A stretch of 63,905 bases of DNA, filler included, from Dimargaris cristalligena (Eukaryota): assembly GCA_003614675.1 (NCBI GenBank). It is 3 parts of 3 records of this genome, joined end to end, with 100 filler letters (N's around TTAATTAATTAA, not from the genome) between each part and the next. Parts side by side here need not be neighbours in the genome. Positions count along the whole stretch, not along the records: positions 44,394 to 63,905 come from ML002726.1; 2 more parts are not named here. One strand, given 5' to 3'. Both the position numbers and the translations under genes were made by a program. The notes below the pieces were generated by a model. It had not been told where the DNA came from and searched no databases. It saw only the letters and a list, made by a program, of their open reading frames with translations. This document shows, piece by piece, positions 47,824 to 59,070 of the stretch (the first letter of the stretch is position 1; the number at the start of each line of letters is the position of its first letter).

Positions 47824-49150
47824 ACTACATCTAGTCCATAGTGGGCTTGCTCGCCCGTTGACTTCCTTTTATTTTTCCCCCCTTCTTCCGCTTTCTTAGT
47901 CATCACCACTTTTTAGCATCTATTTTTTGTTCTACAGCACAGTTGAGAGTTCATTTCTATTTGCAGGTGAATGTGGTGGGGGAGGGAATAGTTGGTCCCC
48001 AGGTCTCCTCTTGTACCTATTTGGCGAATTATATATATATATATATAGCTCCTCGATTCTTCCCCTCCCCAATTCCCGTCCGTCAATTATTTAATTTCTG
48101 CCAGTTTCCATCCAACTATTATTTTAATATATAAATGTAACATAGTGAATAATTATCTTGTTAATGAATGGGCTACGACTAAAATAAGGGGTAGTTAGCT
48201 GGCTGTATGGGAGAGAGAGAGAGAGGAGGGGATATTATTAGTGCATCCATTATAAATGACACCTGTATTGTAGATCTAAAGGTCATCGGGATAATAGCTT
48301 TCGTGGAGGCGAGCGGGGCCTCAGATGTACATATGTTGGGGAGGCAGCCAACCCCCCTGCTTAAGCTAATGTGCTTCTAATTTAGATGGGCTGAACTGAT
48401 TTAAACTAGTAAAGAAATACAAAGGGTATCGTTGGGCATCTGATCAGCAAGTACGCCTTTGCTTGGCTCTTCCTTCATCAGCAAGGGAGCGTGGAGTATA
48501 ATGGGACTGTCTATAAGGGATAGCTCGCAGATTATAGTAGCATGGGGGAGGCGTGTGTGTATGTGTGCGAATATTATACTCCTTTGCCTATCCGCCTATT
48601 CGATACAAACCTTTTAAATGTCGAACGGAATCCACATGTAAAGGATTTCTTGGATTTACCCTAAAACTAACTTCGGTTGGTGTAGTGAACAAAATGTATA
48701 CTCTACAGTAATAATAATAGATGCGGTTAAATAATGTACCGATTAGCGTGTGTAATACACGTTGGCATTAGCTCCGAATTAAATTTCTAATCAGGTGTCA
48801 ATCGTTTGTGTGTGTGTTGAAGGTAGAGGGGGAGGGTTGCCCACAGCGACTAACGGGCCATACAACGACCAGAAGACGAGAATTATTCACAGATCTATTT
48901 AAACCCACCCCCCTTCGCGCCCCCCTTTGGAATATTTTACTCGCTATTTATTACACCCCCCCCTAGCTTATACCATATATTTTCCGATTTTTACTATTAT
49001 CTGGACTACTGAATTTATCTCTCTTTTCCTACGCCGGCGTGATACACTAGGTACACCGATATTTTATTTTAACCACTCTCGGGTCTAGAGTTCTCCCTTA
49101 ATACGACCAGCCCACCCCACACCTCCACCACCTTGGCTTATATTGCCGCT

Positions 49151-49486
49151 ATGCAGTTCATTTATCTATTCGTCGCGGCCCTTCTTGTAGTCGTTGGGGT
49201 TTCTGGGGCTCCCCGGGTCCCCTCTTCCTACTTCTCCTTCGCGGTGATGATCCCCAGCAAAGCTGAACTTCCCGTTCCAGAGGTCCAACGTCGGCGGGCC
49301 TCGACCACACCCACCACCACCACCACCACCACCACTACTACTACTACTATGCCAATGCGCACCAAGCAGCCGAAAATGATTGTTACTTCGAAGTTAGAAA
49401 GGGCGTATGCCAACGCCCTAGTACACCCTGCCATGTCTAATAACGACTATTGGAAGTTTACTCCCGGCATTTCGAATATATTCTAA
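49151..49486 (+). CDS. Small secreted Thr-rich protein (111 aa)
   Basis: Signal peptide MQFIYLFVAALLVVVGVSG; RRR site; (ACC/ACT)n poly-Thr; TATTTAA upstream at about 48896. Confidence 0.7.
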   Translation: MQFIYLFVAALLVVVGVSGAPRVPSSYFSFAVMIPSKAELPVPEVQRRRASTTPTTTTTTTTTTTTMPMRTKQPKMIVTSKLERAYANALVHPAMSNNDYWKFTPGISNIF

Positions 49487-50582
49487 CCCGTCTCTCTTTT
49501 AATATACGGTACATCGTGTAATCCATGGTCTATCTTCAGTAAGTGTCCCCCCCCACCCCACATTAGTGGGTGGAAAGAGTTACTCTTAATAAACCTATCC
49601 CTTTTTATAGTATATTCTTGTAATCTTTTGGACCTCATTGAATATTCCGCCATGTTACCCTAGTACACCACTGATTAAATATACCCAATTAAAATAGTCT
49701 TCCTTTGGCCACCAATATTAACCTCTTATTGATAATGGATACGAGAATATAGAGAAAGGGGGCTATTTTTAACCAGTAAAACACAGTTACATTCAACGTT
49801 TTTTATTTTTTTATTTTGCTACATAATCCGATTGAACCCCGCTCATATTCGGTCTTTGTAAAACGGCTAAACCCAATACTACGTAGTTGGCAAGCCGATG
49901 CCGACAATTGCTTGATATCGTTTCCATCCAGCTCAATGTGAGCGGGCTACTCCATTTGGGATACCCACCGGTAGGGTGACATTTAAACAGTGCACCTCTA
50001 TCATTGCATTGGACAGCTATTTTTGGAGAGACAACATTCCCAAGTCTACCCTAGCACCATAACCCCGGAAAGGTTCATAATTATACTATACCTCGATGAA
50101 TGATGCTACGAATCTTCGGTATGAGAAGAACTCGAGATTGTTACAGAGGGCTGTGGGTGGAAAGTAGATGGGAAGTTAGGTGGCCTATTCGTTTATTGGG
50201 ATAAGCCTGATCGAGTTGAGTATTCTACATTCTTCTCGAAAAGCATTATCGGTGTATTAAGGGAGGTTTGGCAATATGATAACACAACTCAAATGAACTG
50301 GTGCATCACAGTTTCCAGGCGACAATACCCATACCAAGGTGGAATTCAGTTGCAGGGATTCCAAGCCCTAAGAAAACCCATTTATAGTTAATAATACGAG
50401 GGGCTATTAAATCATTGCAACTTACCTATTCCACAAAAAAAAAAAAAAGGTATACATGGTAGGGACAATGTGAGACTGACCAGAGAGGGGATGGTGAATG
50501 GATACCTAGCTTAGGAAATAGTAGGGGATTTACCCGGTGTTATTTCTCTCTCCCCCCCCGTCCGAAAAGGGAGTCTCCAGCA

Positions 50583-51745
50583 TTAGTCAACCTCCTCAAA
50601 ATCATCATCATCTTGGGAATCGTCGTCCTCGTCCATAGTGTCCTTCGACGGCGTATCGGGGGCGGCGGGTGCCGCGTCAGCCTCGGTTGGTATCGACCGC
50701 TTCGCGGCGAACTCGGGCTTGAGCTGGTAGTTGGCTGAATACCCACCCTTACGGTTGAGGATGGCCACTTCGTTAAGCACTTCTTTGAGGAAGGCCTAAT
50801 TCACGGTTGTCCCACGGCGAGGCGAGGTGAAACGAACAAAAACCCAATACAAAAACATACACATCCACATTAGGGTAGGCAAATGATCAGCTAATGACGC
50901 CTAGAACCTATCAGTTGGCTAGGTAGGCTGCAATGGGTCGAGTGAGCCGTTGTCCTCCGTGGCATTATCTAGTCCCCGATTCCCTCCCCTTACACATCCC
51001 ATTTTAAAGACCTAGAACTGGGCATCGGAATACTCAAAAGAGGGATCCAGAAATAGCGAGTTGGCGGGACTACCCTTTTCATACTTACCACCGGCTGCTC
51101 GGTATGTTCCACGAGCCCCTTCAACGACCAATACGGGTACTTTTCGAAGGCCTTGAACAGCATATTCATCAAATCCTGTTTGGGCATCCGGGTCATCTTG
51201 GATTCGATATACGTGGTCTTCTTCCGGTTCGCCGCGGCATGGTCCTGCATACTACTCGCCAAAATGGGTTTCCGGTAAATGTCGCCCAACCGCTGGACCG
51301 ACCGGACCGGTTTGCCCGCCTCTAAATTGCGCGTGCGCATGATATGGCGGTACGCGTCACTAATCACCGGCGTCACGGCGCATTCGTGGTGGATCGTGCC
51401 CGTCACCGCCGTATGGTGGGTTTTGTTGTTTTCCGAAAACACGTAAGCATTGGTCACCCGACTGTTGGTGATTTTGAGCGTGTATTCTTTGGGAATGTCG
51501 GCGTTTTGCGGGGTGTCCGAAAGGAGAATGGCCAGCCGTTGGCCGGCGGCATCGTCCTGGTCGTAGATGCGCACCTTGCCTAAATCGACGGAGGTGTCGC
51601 TCGCTTGGGTCCACTTTTCGGCGAGAAACTTGGGGATCTTGACTAGCCAGATCTTGGTGTCGAGATTGTCCATGTCGAGCTCCTCGACGTCATCGTCCAT
51701 GACTCCGGCAGCGGGCTGTTTGGTTTGGGCATTAGAAGGAGGCAT
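50583..51745 (-). CDS. TFG2: Transcription initiation factor IIF beta subunit (RAP30), 2 exons
   Basis: Exons 51745-51089 and 50795-50583. IWLVKIPKFLAEKW, IPKEYTL, YVFSE, GTIHHEC, RMPKQDLMNMLFKAFEKYPYWSLKGLVEHTEQPVAFLKEVL, YQLKPEF. Confidence 0.95.
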
Positions 51746-52640
51746 GGCGGAGAATGTAATAATTTAATTGGATAAATGGGTATGATGGGAATCGGAATTT
51801 AGAATGTCTTGCTGTATTGTTTTTTTTTTTTTAAAAAAAAAGGTATGGGAGAAAGTACAAAGGATAAAGTAGGTGGAAGCGGTTCACGGAGAGTCCGTCC
51901 AATATAACGAACGTGGGAGATTAGAAGAGAATCGTAGAAGTAGGGTAATGTGAGACAAGCAAGGCCCGGGGGAATAAGCAAGTGTGACTTATAGTATCAG
52001 GTTTGAATGAAAGAAGCTAAGTAGACAGGCCAAATGGGGGCATATGTGCTTTGAGGTAAAATTAACCAAGCGGAGCTACAGTGGAGCCTTCAGCTTCGAA
52101 AGCGGCGGAAGTTCTCGAGGCCTGTATTTAGGAAGAGGAGCTTTGCACCAGTGGCGTTTGGAAGTCCAATGGGGTAGTAAAGGAAATACCCCACAACTCC
52201 TGCCCAATGTGACTAAGAAGGGTTGCTTCCAAATTTAACTGGCTTAGTCCACATGCTTCTAAATATCCCGTTCAAAAAAGTATGGAACCCCCATTTTTAC
52301 GTCAACTGCCAGATGGCCCGCAACTTGGGTATTTCGTTGATCCATCTTCAGCCGCATTCTTTAATGAACATATGAATGGCTCGAATGCGATATATCCGGC
52401 ACACCAGTAACAATTCAAGGGGGCTTAACTGGTCATCGGGCCAATTAGTCTCTTCCCGTCAACGTAGAAGACACTCACTCCTCCTTCCCTAAATATTAAA
52501 CAAACATAGCCGCCCACGTTTTAAAATAGGAAAGTAAAGCCAATATTATCCAGTAACAGTTTATTAATGATAGTAACAGCATCCCCCCCTCCCCCGCTTG
52601 CCCTTCCCATACCACAGAAGAGGCCTTCTTTACTCCTCGC

Positions 52641-55586
52641 CTAATGCAGCTCTGGATCCTGCTTACCAGCGAGAATAGCCTGGGTTTTTTCTACCAATTG
52701 CTCTAGGGCCGACTGGGGATTAGGGATCACTTGCTGGCGGGCCATTTCCTCTAGGGTATACCGAGCGTGTTTCATCTGGTGTAGGTGAAGCCAACCTTTT
52801 AGCAGAACATAGGCTAACTGGCGGTTCCAGCGGGGTGGGTGGAAATGGTGGAGCCAAGGGGCCGCGCCGGCGGAGTTCCCGGGGACACTGGGTTCCGCCG
52901 GGGAGTCGGAGACGGATGCAGAAGCCGCTGAAGTGGTGGATTCTGACGCAGTCCACTGCTCCGCCGGCTCGACCGGGTCCAAACGGGCGAGATGCAACCG
53001 CAACATATCCGGCCCATGTTCGGCCCAAACTGTGTATAAGCGTATGGTTTCCTGCAGAAGGGTCAACAGTCGCCGGGCGTAATGCGGGTAGCGGAGCCGG
53101 AAGAGGATATTAAACATCGTTAAATAACATGACAACGGGACGGGACAGAAGGACACCCAGTCGTCCGCCGAGGGTGTTTGCCAACGGTGAATGAGGGGAT
53201 CAAAAGAGTCGTACAAAAGGGCGAGTGAAGCCGTGGTAGCTGAGGGGTGGTGAGCCGGGGTAGGGAGTTCCGGCAAATCGGGTAAGCGCCAAATATCCGC
53301 CGCTCCCGTCACGGTGAAGAACCGGGGCAAAATCGTTCGTACGAACGGGTCCAATTCGCATAACCGGAAAAAGGTGCGAAAAGTACCTTCCAAATCGCCC
53401 ACCGCGGCATACGCCGCCAGTAGGGTCCGGTACCCTTCCTGCCGGAGCCGCGGACGTTGGGTAAAGGAGGCGTGGGTATCCAGAACCCGGTGGGCCTCGA
53501 CGTACCGGCGGTTGTCCAATAAGCCCCGGATCAGTTGGTTAGCCAGCACGGGGGTCAAGACGGCCCGCCCGGTCGGATCGGCTAATTGGTAGCGCTGGTA
53601 GAGGGACATGGCGCGGTCGGGCTGTCGATGGCGCATAAAGACGGTTAGCGCCACGCCTAGTTCAATCGAACCGTGGGGTCCGTAGACGGGCTGGTCCGGG
53701 GCCGTAGTGCGCATTAAATGAGTCCACGATTGGCGATGGGCCGCTTCCGCGTCCTGGTACATTTGGGGGTTACTGCGGGCCGATCGTTGGATTCGATCCA
53801 GGCGCGTGGCCAATACCGTATGGTGGATCAGATCGTGGTACAGCTGGGTAACAGTGGTGGAGGGGTGGTTGTGCTGCTCGGGGTCCATGCGAATCAGGTC
53901 CAGAATATTCTGCGGACCTACCCCAGTGAGGCCCAACAGGTCGGCAGGTCCGGTCCCGTAGGTGTAGTGAAACTGGACTAGGCCGCGCAATAGGACATCG
54001 AGTAGGATGCGATCCCACGGTAGGCGCAAGTGATTAAATTCGCGTACGAGCTGGTAGACTTTGGTGAGGTTGAATTGGTGCATGTAGCCCGTAATCATAA
54101 TAGTGAAAGTATAGGCATCGGGGGCCAAAAAAGAGAGGGCTTGTTTCCACCACCACCCGGACGCCGCGGTCGAAGCTAAGGCCGCCATGGAGCCGGGCGT
54201 GTCGCAGTCGGGGGTCGCTTCGGACAGACCGGTTATTGGTGGGCCCGTCTGGTGGTCTCGCCGGCGTAAATAAGCAATATGCTGCAGATCCGCGAAGACC
54301 GACTCGGCATCATCCAAGGCGCCCACTTTAACCAGACCATCTAAATGAGCGTTCAGCACGCTGATACTAAGGCACGGAAAGACCCGGGGTAAGACCCGGG
54401 CCACTAAGGGCTGATCCAGTGGCCATACACCGGGCTGGGGCTGACGTACGGCCTGTTGCCAAAGTCGCTGGGCCAAATCAGCGCGCTGGCAGCGGTGGAG
54501 GCGCTTAAACACATGTCGGTAGAGAGTCGGGGCAAAAAAAATACGCCGTTGGTAGGATAATTCCAGAGTGTGGATCATGGGAAGCCACCGGTGGGTCTGG
54601 AGTAGACTGATGATCAGGCTGGCCCATAGGGTTTGTTGCGCTCGGGAATCGCCGGTGCATAGCGGAAGATCGGAGGTAAGTTGTTCGAAAGCCGACTCAT
54701 GCCACCGCACATCGGCGGCCAGAGCACGGATAAGACGGTAAAGGACGGCAAAAGTAGGTGGGATATCCCAGTGCTGACGCATAACACTGTACAGCTGGAA
54801 TACTGCAAGGCAATCCCGGGTAGTCTGAGCGTAGCAGGACAGTAGGTAATACCAGGTGGTGCTGTTGGCCGATTCAGTGGATGCGCCGAGGGTTGTGAGG
54901 TCACTAATATCATTGGGTACGATATGCCACCTTACTCCCGCCTCGACCGCTTGGGCGTATTCGGCGAGCAAATAATGGGCGCGAAGGATTAAGTTGCGGT
55001 TGGGTATAGTTAGCGAAACTCCGGCGGCCTCCATATCTAAGCTAACCGCAATAATGCGCTGGGAGTTGGGCCGACTGGGCTGGGCTTCTAAGATATTTAG
55101 GAGACATTGGTAGTCCCAGGGATCCAAGAGGGTCCGGGTGATCGTTGATGGTGCGGGCCTCGTCGGGGTGGATCGATGGGTCGGGGGGCGATTATGGGGT
55201 CGATAATCGACCAGTTGGTCGTAGGCCTGGAGGGACGCCTTCTGATCACGCGCCAGGAGCGCTTTTCTCAGGGTGGCTAATAAATAAAAAATATGCGGAT
55301 CGGGTGATAATCCGGCTGATTCATCGCTCGATGCCGGTCGAGTTACCGAGGTATGGCACCTGAGGGATGGCCCGGGATACCAACGAATCTGTGTAAAAAA
55401 ACCATGTTTGGCGTTCCGCGTACGGCTGTGGGTTGCCGGGTGTGCCCCATGGGGATGAATAAATATGTGGTTTGGGGGATCAAGTAGCGGGAGACTTGCG
55501 AACCGGAGTCGGTGGTATCGGGTTAATACATCACGACAAATAGCGACGGGTCCACTCCGGCCAGGCACCCAGCTTGCCTTGGGCAT
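52641..55586 (-). CDS. Pentatricopeptide-repeat-like alpha-solenoid protein, probably mitochondrial
   Basis: PPR-like units PDAYTFTIMITGY, LNAHLDGLVKVGALDDAESVF, ANQLIRGLLDNRRYVEAHRVL, YRTLLAAYAAVGDLEG; basic N-terminus. Confidence 0.75.
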   Translation of the reverse strand: MPKASWVPGRSGPVAICRDVLTRYHRLRFASLPLLDPPNHIFIHPHGAHPATHSRTRNAKHGFFTQIRWYPGPSLRCHTSVTRPASSDESAGLSPDPHIFYLLATLRKALLARDQKASLQAYDQLVDYRPHNRPPTHRSTPTRPAPSTITRTLLDPWDYQCLLNILEAQPSRPNSQRIIAVSLDMEAAGVSLTIPNRNLILRAHYLLAEYAQAVEAGVRWHIVPNDISDLTTLGASTESANSTTWYYLLSCYAQTTRDCLAVFQLYSVMRQHWDIPPTFAVLYRLIRALAADVRWHESAFEQLTSDLPLCTGDSRAQQTLWASLIISLLQTHRWLPMIHTLELSYQRRIFFAPTLYRHVFKRLHRCQRADLAQRLWQQAVRQPQPGVWPLDQPLVARVLPRVFPCLSISVLNAHLDGLVKVGALDDAESVFADLQHIAYLRRRDHQTGPPITGLSEATPDCDTPGSMAALASTAASGWWWKQALSFLAPDAYTFTIMITGYMHQFNLTKVYQLVREFNHLRLPWDRILLDVLLRGLVQFHYTYGTGPADLLGLTGVGPQNILDLIRMDPEQHNHPSTTVTQLYHDLIHHTVLATRLDRIQRSARSNPQMYQDAEAAHRQSWTHLMRTTAPDQPVYGPHGSIELGVALTVFMRHRQPDRAMSLYQRYQLADPTGRAVLTPVLANQLIRGLLDNRRYVEAHRVLDTHASFTQRPRLRQEGYRTLLAAYAAVGDLEGTFRTFFRLCELDPFVRTILPRFFTVTGAADIWRLPDLPELPTPAHHPSATTASLALLYDSFDPLIHRWQTPSADDWVSFCPVPLSCYLTMFNILFRLRYPHYARRLLTLLQETIRLYTVWAEHGPDMLRLHLARLDPVEPAEQWTASESTTSAASASVSDSPAEPSVPGNSAGAAPWLHHFHPPRWNRQLAYVLLKGWLHLHQMKHARYTLEEMARQQVIPNPQSALEQLVEKTQAILAGKQDPELH

Positions 55587-56506
55587 AGAGGCATGGGGTC
55601 ACTTGCCGTGATGGTGGGGTGAGTTGGTAGAGGGTACAGGCGGGAGGGCAGTAGAGAATAAACCGGACAGGCGGCGAATGCGTCCCCAAGGACCAACAGA
55701 GGGGGTAGGTGAAATTGGTGGTTTACACCCGAGGATCGTTGACGACGAGGGGAGGGGGGGGGAATCGTAGGATATAACACTCGACGGTCCGTTGAAGTTG
55801 GAGTGGGAAATGGGCTCTGGAGGTTTGCCTGGTTTGGAATATATTAGAAGTGGATCTCGAGGTGGATCAGCGCCGCTTGAATTAAATAACAGCCCCGAAA
55901 CTGGGGAGTACGTCGTGGCAATCGACTTGGTGTAGCAAAGGGGCGGGTGAATCTCGGGTAGTTTAGGTGGCCCCGATTGCTGAAGGAATCGAAAAAGTGA
56001 CTATAGTACAAGTTATGCGGCGGACCTAAGAAAAGACGATCAGTGCCTTACAAACCTCAAGCCAATCGTCTCCTCTTTTTAAGTTACCACCCAAAGGCGG
56101 GGTAAACCAATGTCCTGTAGTACTAGAGAGGTAAAGCGGGTTAACTTGCCCCAGACATAAACTGACTGGCCGTTCGAAGAAGCCAACTCTTTTTTAGAAT
56201 CCCCGCCAACAGTGGCCGTGACCCGCTCAGAGCGCCGGGAGGCTTGGGGAAATATGCCCACAAGTCGTGGGCCAGTTCACCTCAGCTATTGTTACAAAGC
56301 GATTCCATACCATACTGCTGACCACTTTGAAGCCTGACCATAAATTTGATTTTAGTTGGAAAACCCAATCTAGTGTGGGGCTGTCTATTTGTTTGCTGGA
56401 CTTCCACCATACCTCCCATTACTTCGCCATTCTTATATAAAAGGGGACGTTCCATACCTTCTTTACTTCTTCAGTGCCTCTACAAACGGCGTGCACTTTT
56501 TTTACC

Positions 56507-58425
56507 ATGAGCCAAGCACATCGACCCCTATACGAACAGTCCTCCCAGTTTCGCAACTGGCGGTTTTCCCGCGAGAAACTGCATGAGATACGTAAGCTGA
56601 CCAACCAAGCCGGCGTTGAGCGAGCCCAAACGAACATCGAGGCTGAACAGGTAGGTTATAGATGTGGAGGGAAACCACTCGTTGGCCTGCTCTTGTCATT
56701 TCTAACCAGACTCCTCCGCGCTGATGCTGGTTGCACTTGAGTATTTCCCTTAACTCGTTATTAATATAGCCCCGACACTGACCTGGTTCGCTTATATACG
56801 CACCTTTTGCTCAATGGGGGGTTATTTAGAATGAACACTTGGCTCGGGACGACTCGGCGCCTCAGGCAGCGAACAAGCAAGTCAACTACTTGAGCTTAGA
56901 CGACGAACTTGCCCTATGCCATTTCTACGAAACGAAAATCGACACATTTGCCAGGCACTTTAAACTGCCGAATCAGGTCAAGGTAAATTAGCCAGGTTTT
57001 GGTAATGCCGTTTAATTTAGTTATTTTTTCATTCAACCGCTAACCACCCATTCAACAACTTCTTTACACCGACCCTTATACTAATATATACGTATATATG
57101 TATCTATATTTCTCCGGGTGGACATTGCAACCTAACCATTTGCTTAACCATGTGTCTCGACTACTAGGCCACGGCGATTGTCTACATGAAGCGGTTTTTT
57201 CTATACAATACGGTTATGGACTATTCCCCTAAAAGCGTCATGTAAGTGGCCCGCTCATTTAATGCGAAACTGTTTAGAAATGAATTTCCTACGATTATTC
57301 AACCCCTTATCCGGACAAGTTTAACTAACGCGCAGCCATAATATATACTCATATATATTTGTCGAACCTGGACTGCCCAATGGTGTAAAGGTTAACCTGT
57401 CTCTACTTAGCCTCCAAAACTGAAAATAAGTTTATCCAGGTCGAAGATTTCGCCAAACCAATCCCTAAAACCTCGTCACAAGATATCCTAACTTACGAGT
57501 TTGTAGTTTCTCAGAGCCTTAAATTTGAATATACTGTACACCACCCATTCTCGCCTCTTTATGGGTTTTATCTCGACGCTCAGGTATAAATTCTTTACCT
57601 TTTAAACAACTTTCCCTGGAGCCCCACCGTGCACTTGATTTTATTCGGTCAACCAAAAAGCCCGCATGAATACGCCTTTCTCGTGCTAAACCCTGCCTAA
57701 TTTTGCCCAGTATTCATTTTCTTGTTTTTTGGCGTATCATGTATCTTAACCATAACCCCCTCCCCTTTCGTTTCCCGTGTAGATATTAAACGATAACATC
57801 AGCCTCTTGACCCAGGTATATTCCAAAGCCATGGACTATTGCAATACCTCCCTATACACTGACCTGACCTTCATCTACTTCCCCGGCCAAATTGCCCTAG
57901 CATGCCTGAAATTGGCGGCCCAAGACCTGAACTGGAATTTTGCCGGCTACCTACACCAAAAGTACTCTGATGAAGCAACCCGGTTGGCCCTAGAAGCTAT
58001 AGTGGACGATATCATCGCCACCATCAAGGCCCGCAAGCCGGTATCCACCGACATTGTACGCGAAGTAGACCGGCGTTTGATTTACTGCCGCAACCCCGAA
58101 AAGGATCCATCGAGTCTACTGTAAGTTTTTTGATTTCCCGAATTTGCATATGTTGGTGGTTGAGTAGTTGCATCCGCGTCGGTTAGGTATTGGTGGGTAA
58201 TCCCCAGTGGTTATCCCCATGTCGAGTGGCTTTATTACACCGTTACTGACTATTTGGTTACCAACTGCTGTATTATTTTTTAACATGTCTATCTGGCATG
58301 TTGCTCATTATTACCGTAGGTTCAGCAAAAAAATCAAAGAAAATGAGGAAGAGGAGGAACTGCGCCGACAAGAGAAATATAGCCAGAATCCGTCAGTTTC
58401 GATATTTAATAATGGCGAGTCCTAA
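56507..58425 (+). CDS. CCL1: Cyclin H (Ccl1/Mcs2, TFIIK/CAK subunit), 6 exons
   Basis: Exons 56507-56650, 56830-56982, 57168-57241, 57391-57583, 57783-58120, 58320-58425. LYEQSSQFRNWRF, ATAIVYMKRFFL, MLTCLYLASKTEN, LKFEYTVHHPF, YFPGQIALA, LIYCRNPE. Confidence 0.93.
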
Positions 58426-59070
58426 TATCGCAGCATTCTACTCAAGACACTTCTCGTTAAATACCAATACCAATTTGGGAAAATAAACTACTTTCGTTTA
58501 TATATATTATGACAGGGCCAACTATATTATACTCCATATTTAATGACCCTAACCACTTGCGAAAGCATGGGGTTGGTATTCGCCTTTGTTGTTTTGCCTA
58601 GCGAAATAAAAATGTTTGACAATGTGCTCCAGCTCAAAATTATGACACGGGGACAGGTTCGGGGAAACAGGGGACAATAAATTGGTGCTAAAATCTAGCA
58701 GGGTCTGCTTTGGAGCTAGCATTGCCAATACTTATATTTTCATGACTAAACTGTCACCTATATTATTACGAGCACATCCAATCTCGGGCCGACTATGAAT
58801 TAAATCTGATCACGTGGCTGTTGTTTTGATTTCGGAGTTTACAGTACTGAGTGTTTCATGGCAACAATATTATGGGGAATCGCTTTACCAGGCAAGGAAA
58901 TGAGCTTTTCATATGTATCTCCTATTGCCCATGCCATTCATTTCCCTGACTTCAACTCTTTAAATTCTTATACCGACTATGAGACCCCTATTACCATATC
59001 TCTAAACACTATTGCGCCAACGCATCCTCTATTTTGATTTCCTCCCCCAATAGCCTCCAACTTACCAGCC

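Noticed and set aside
50583-58425. TFIIF beta and cyclin H proximity as a basal-transcription gene cluster
   Set aside because: Separated by an unrelated PPR gene; two genes are compatible with chance without synteny data
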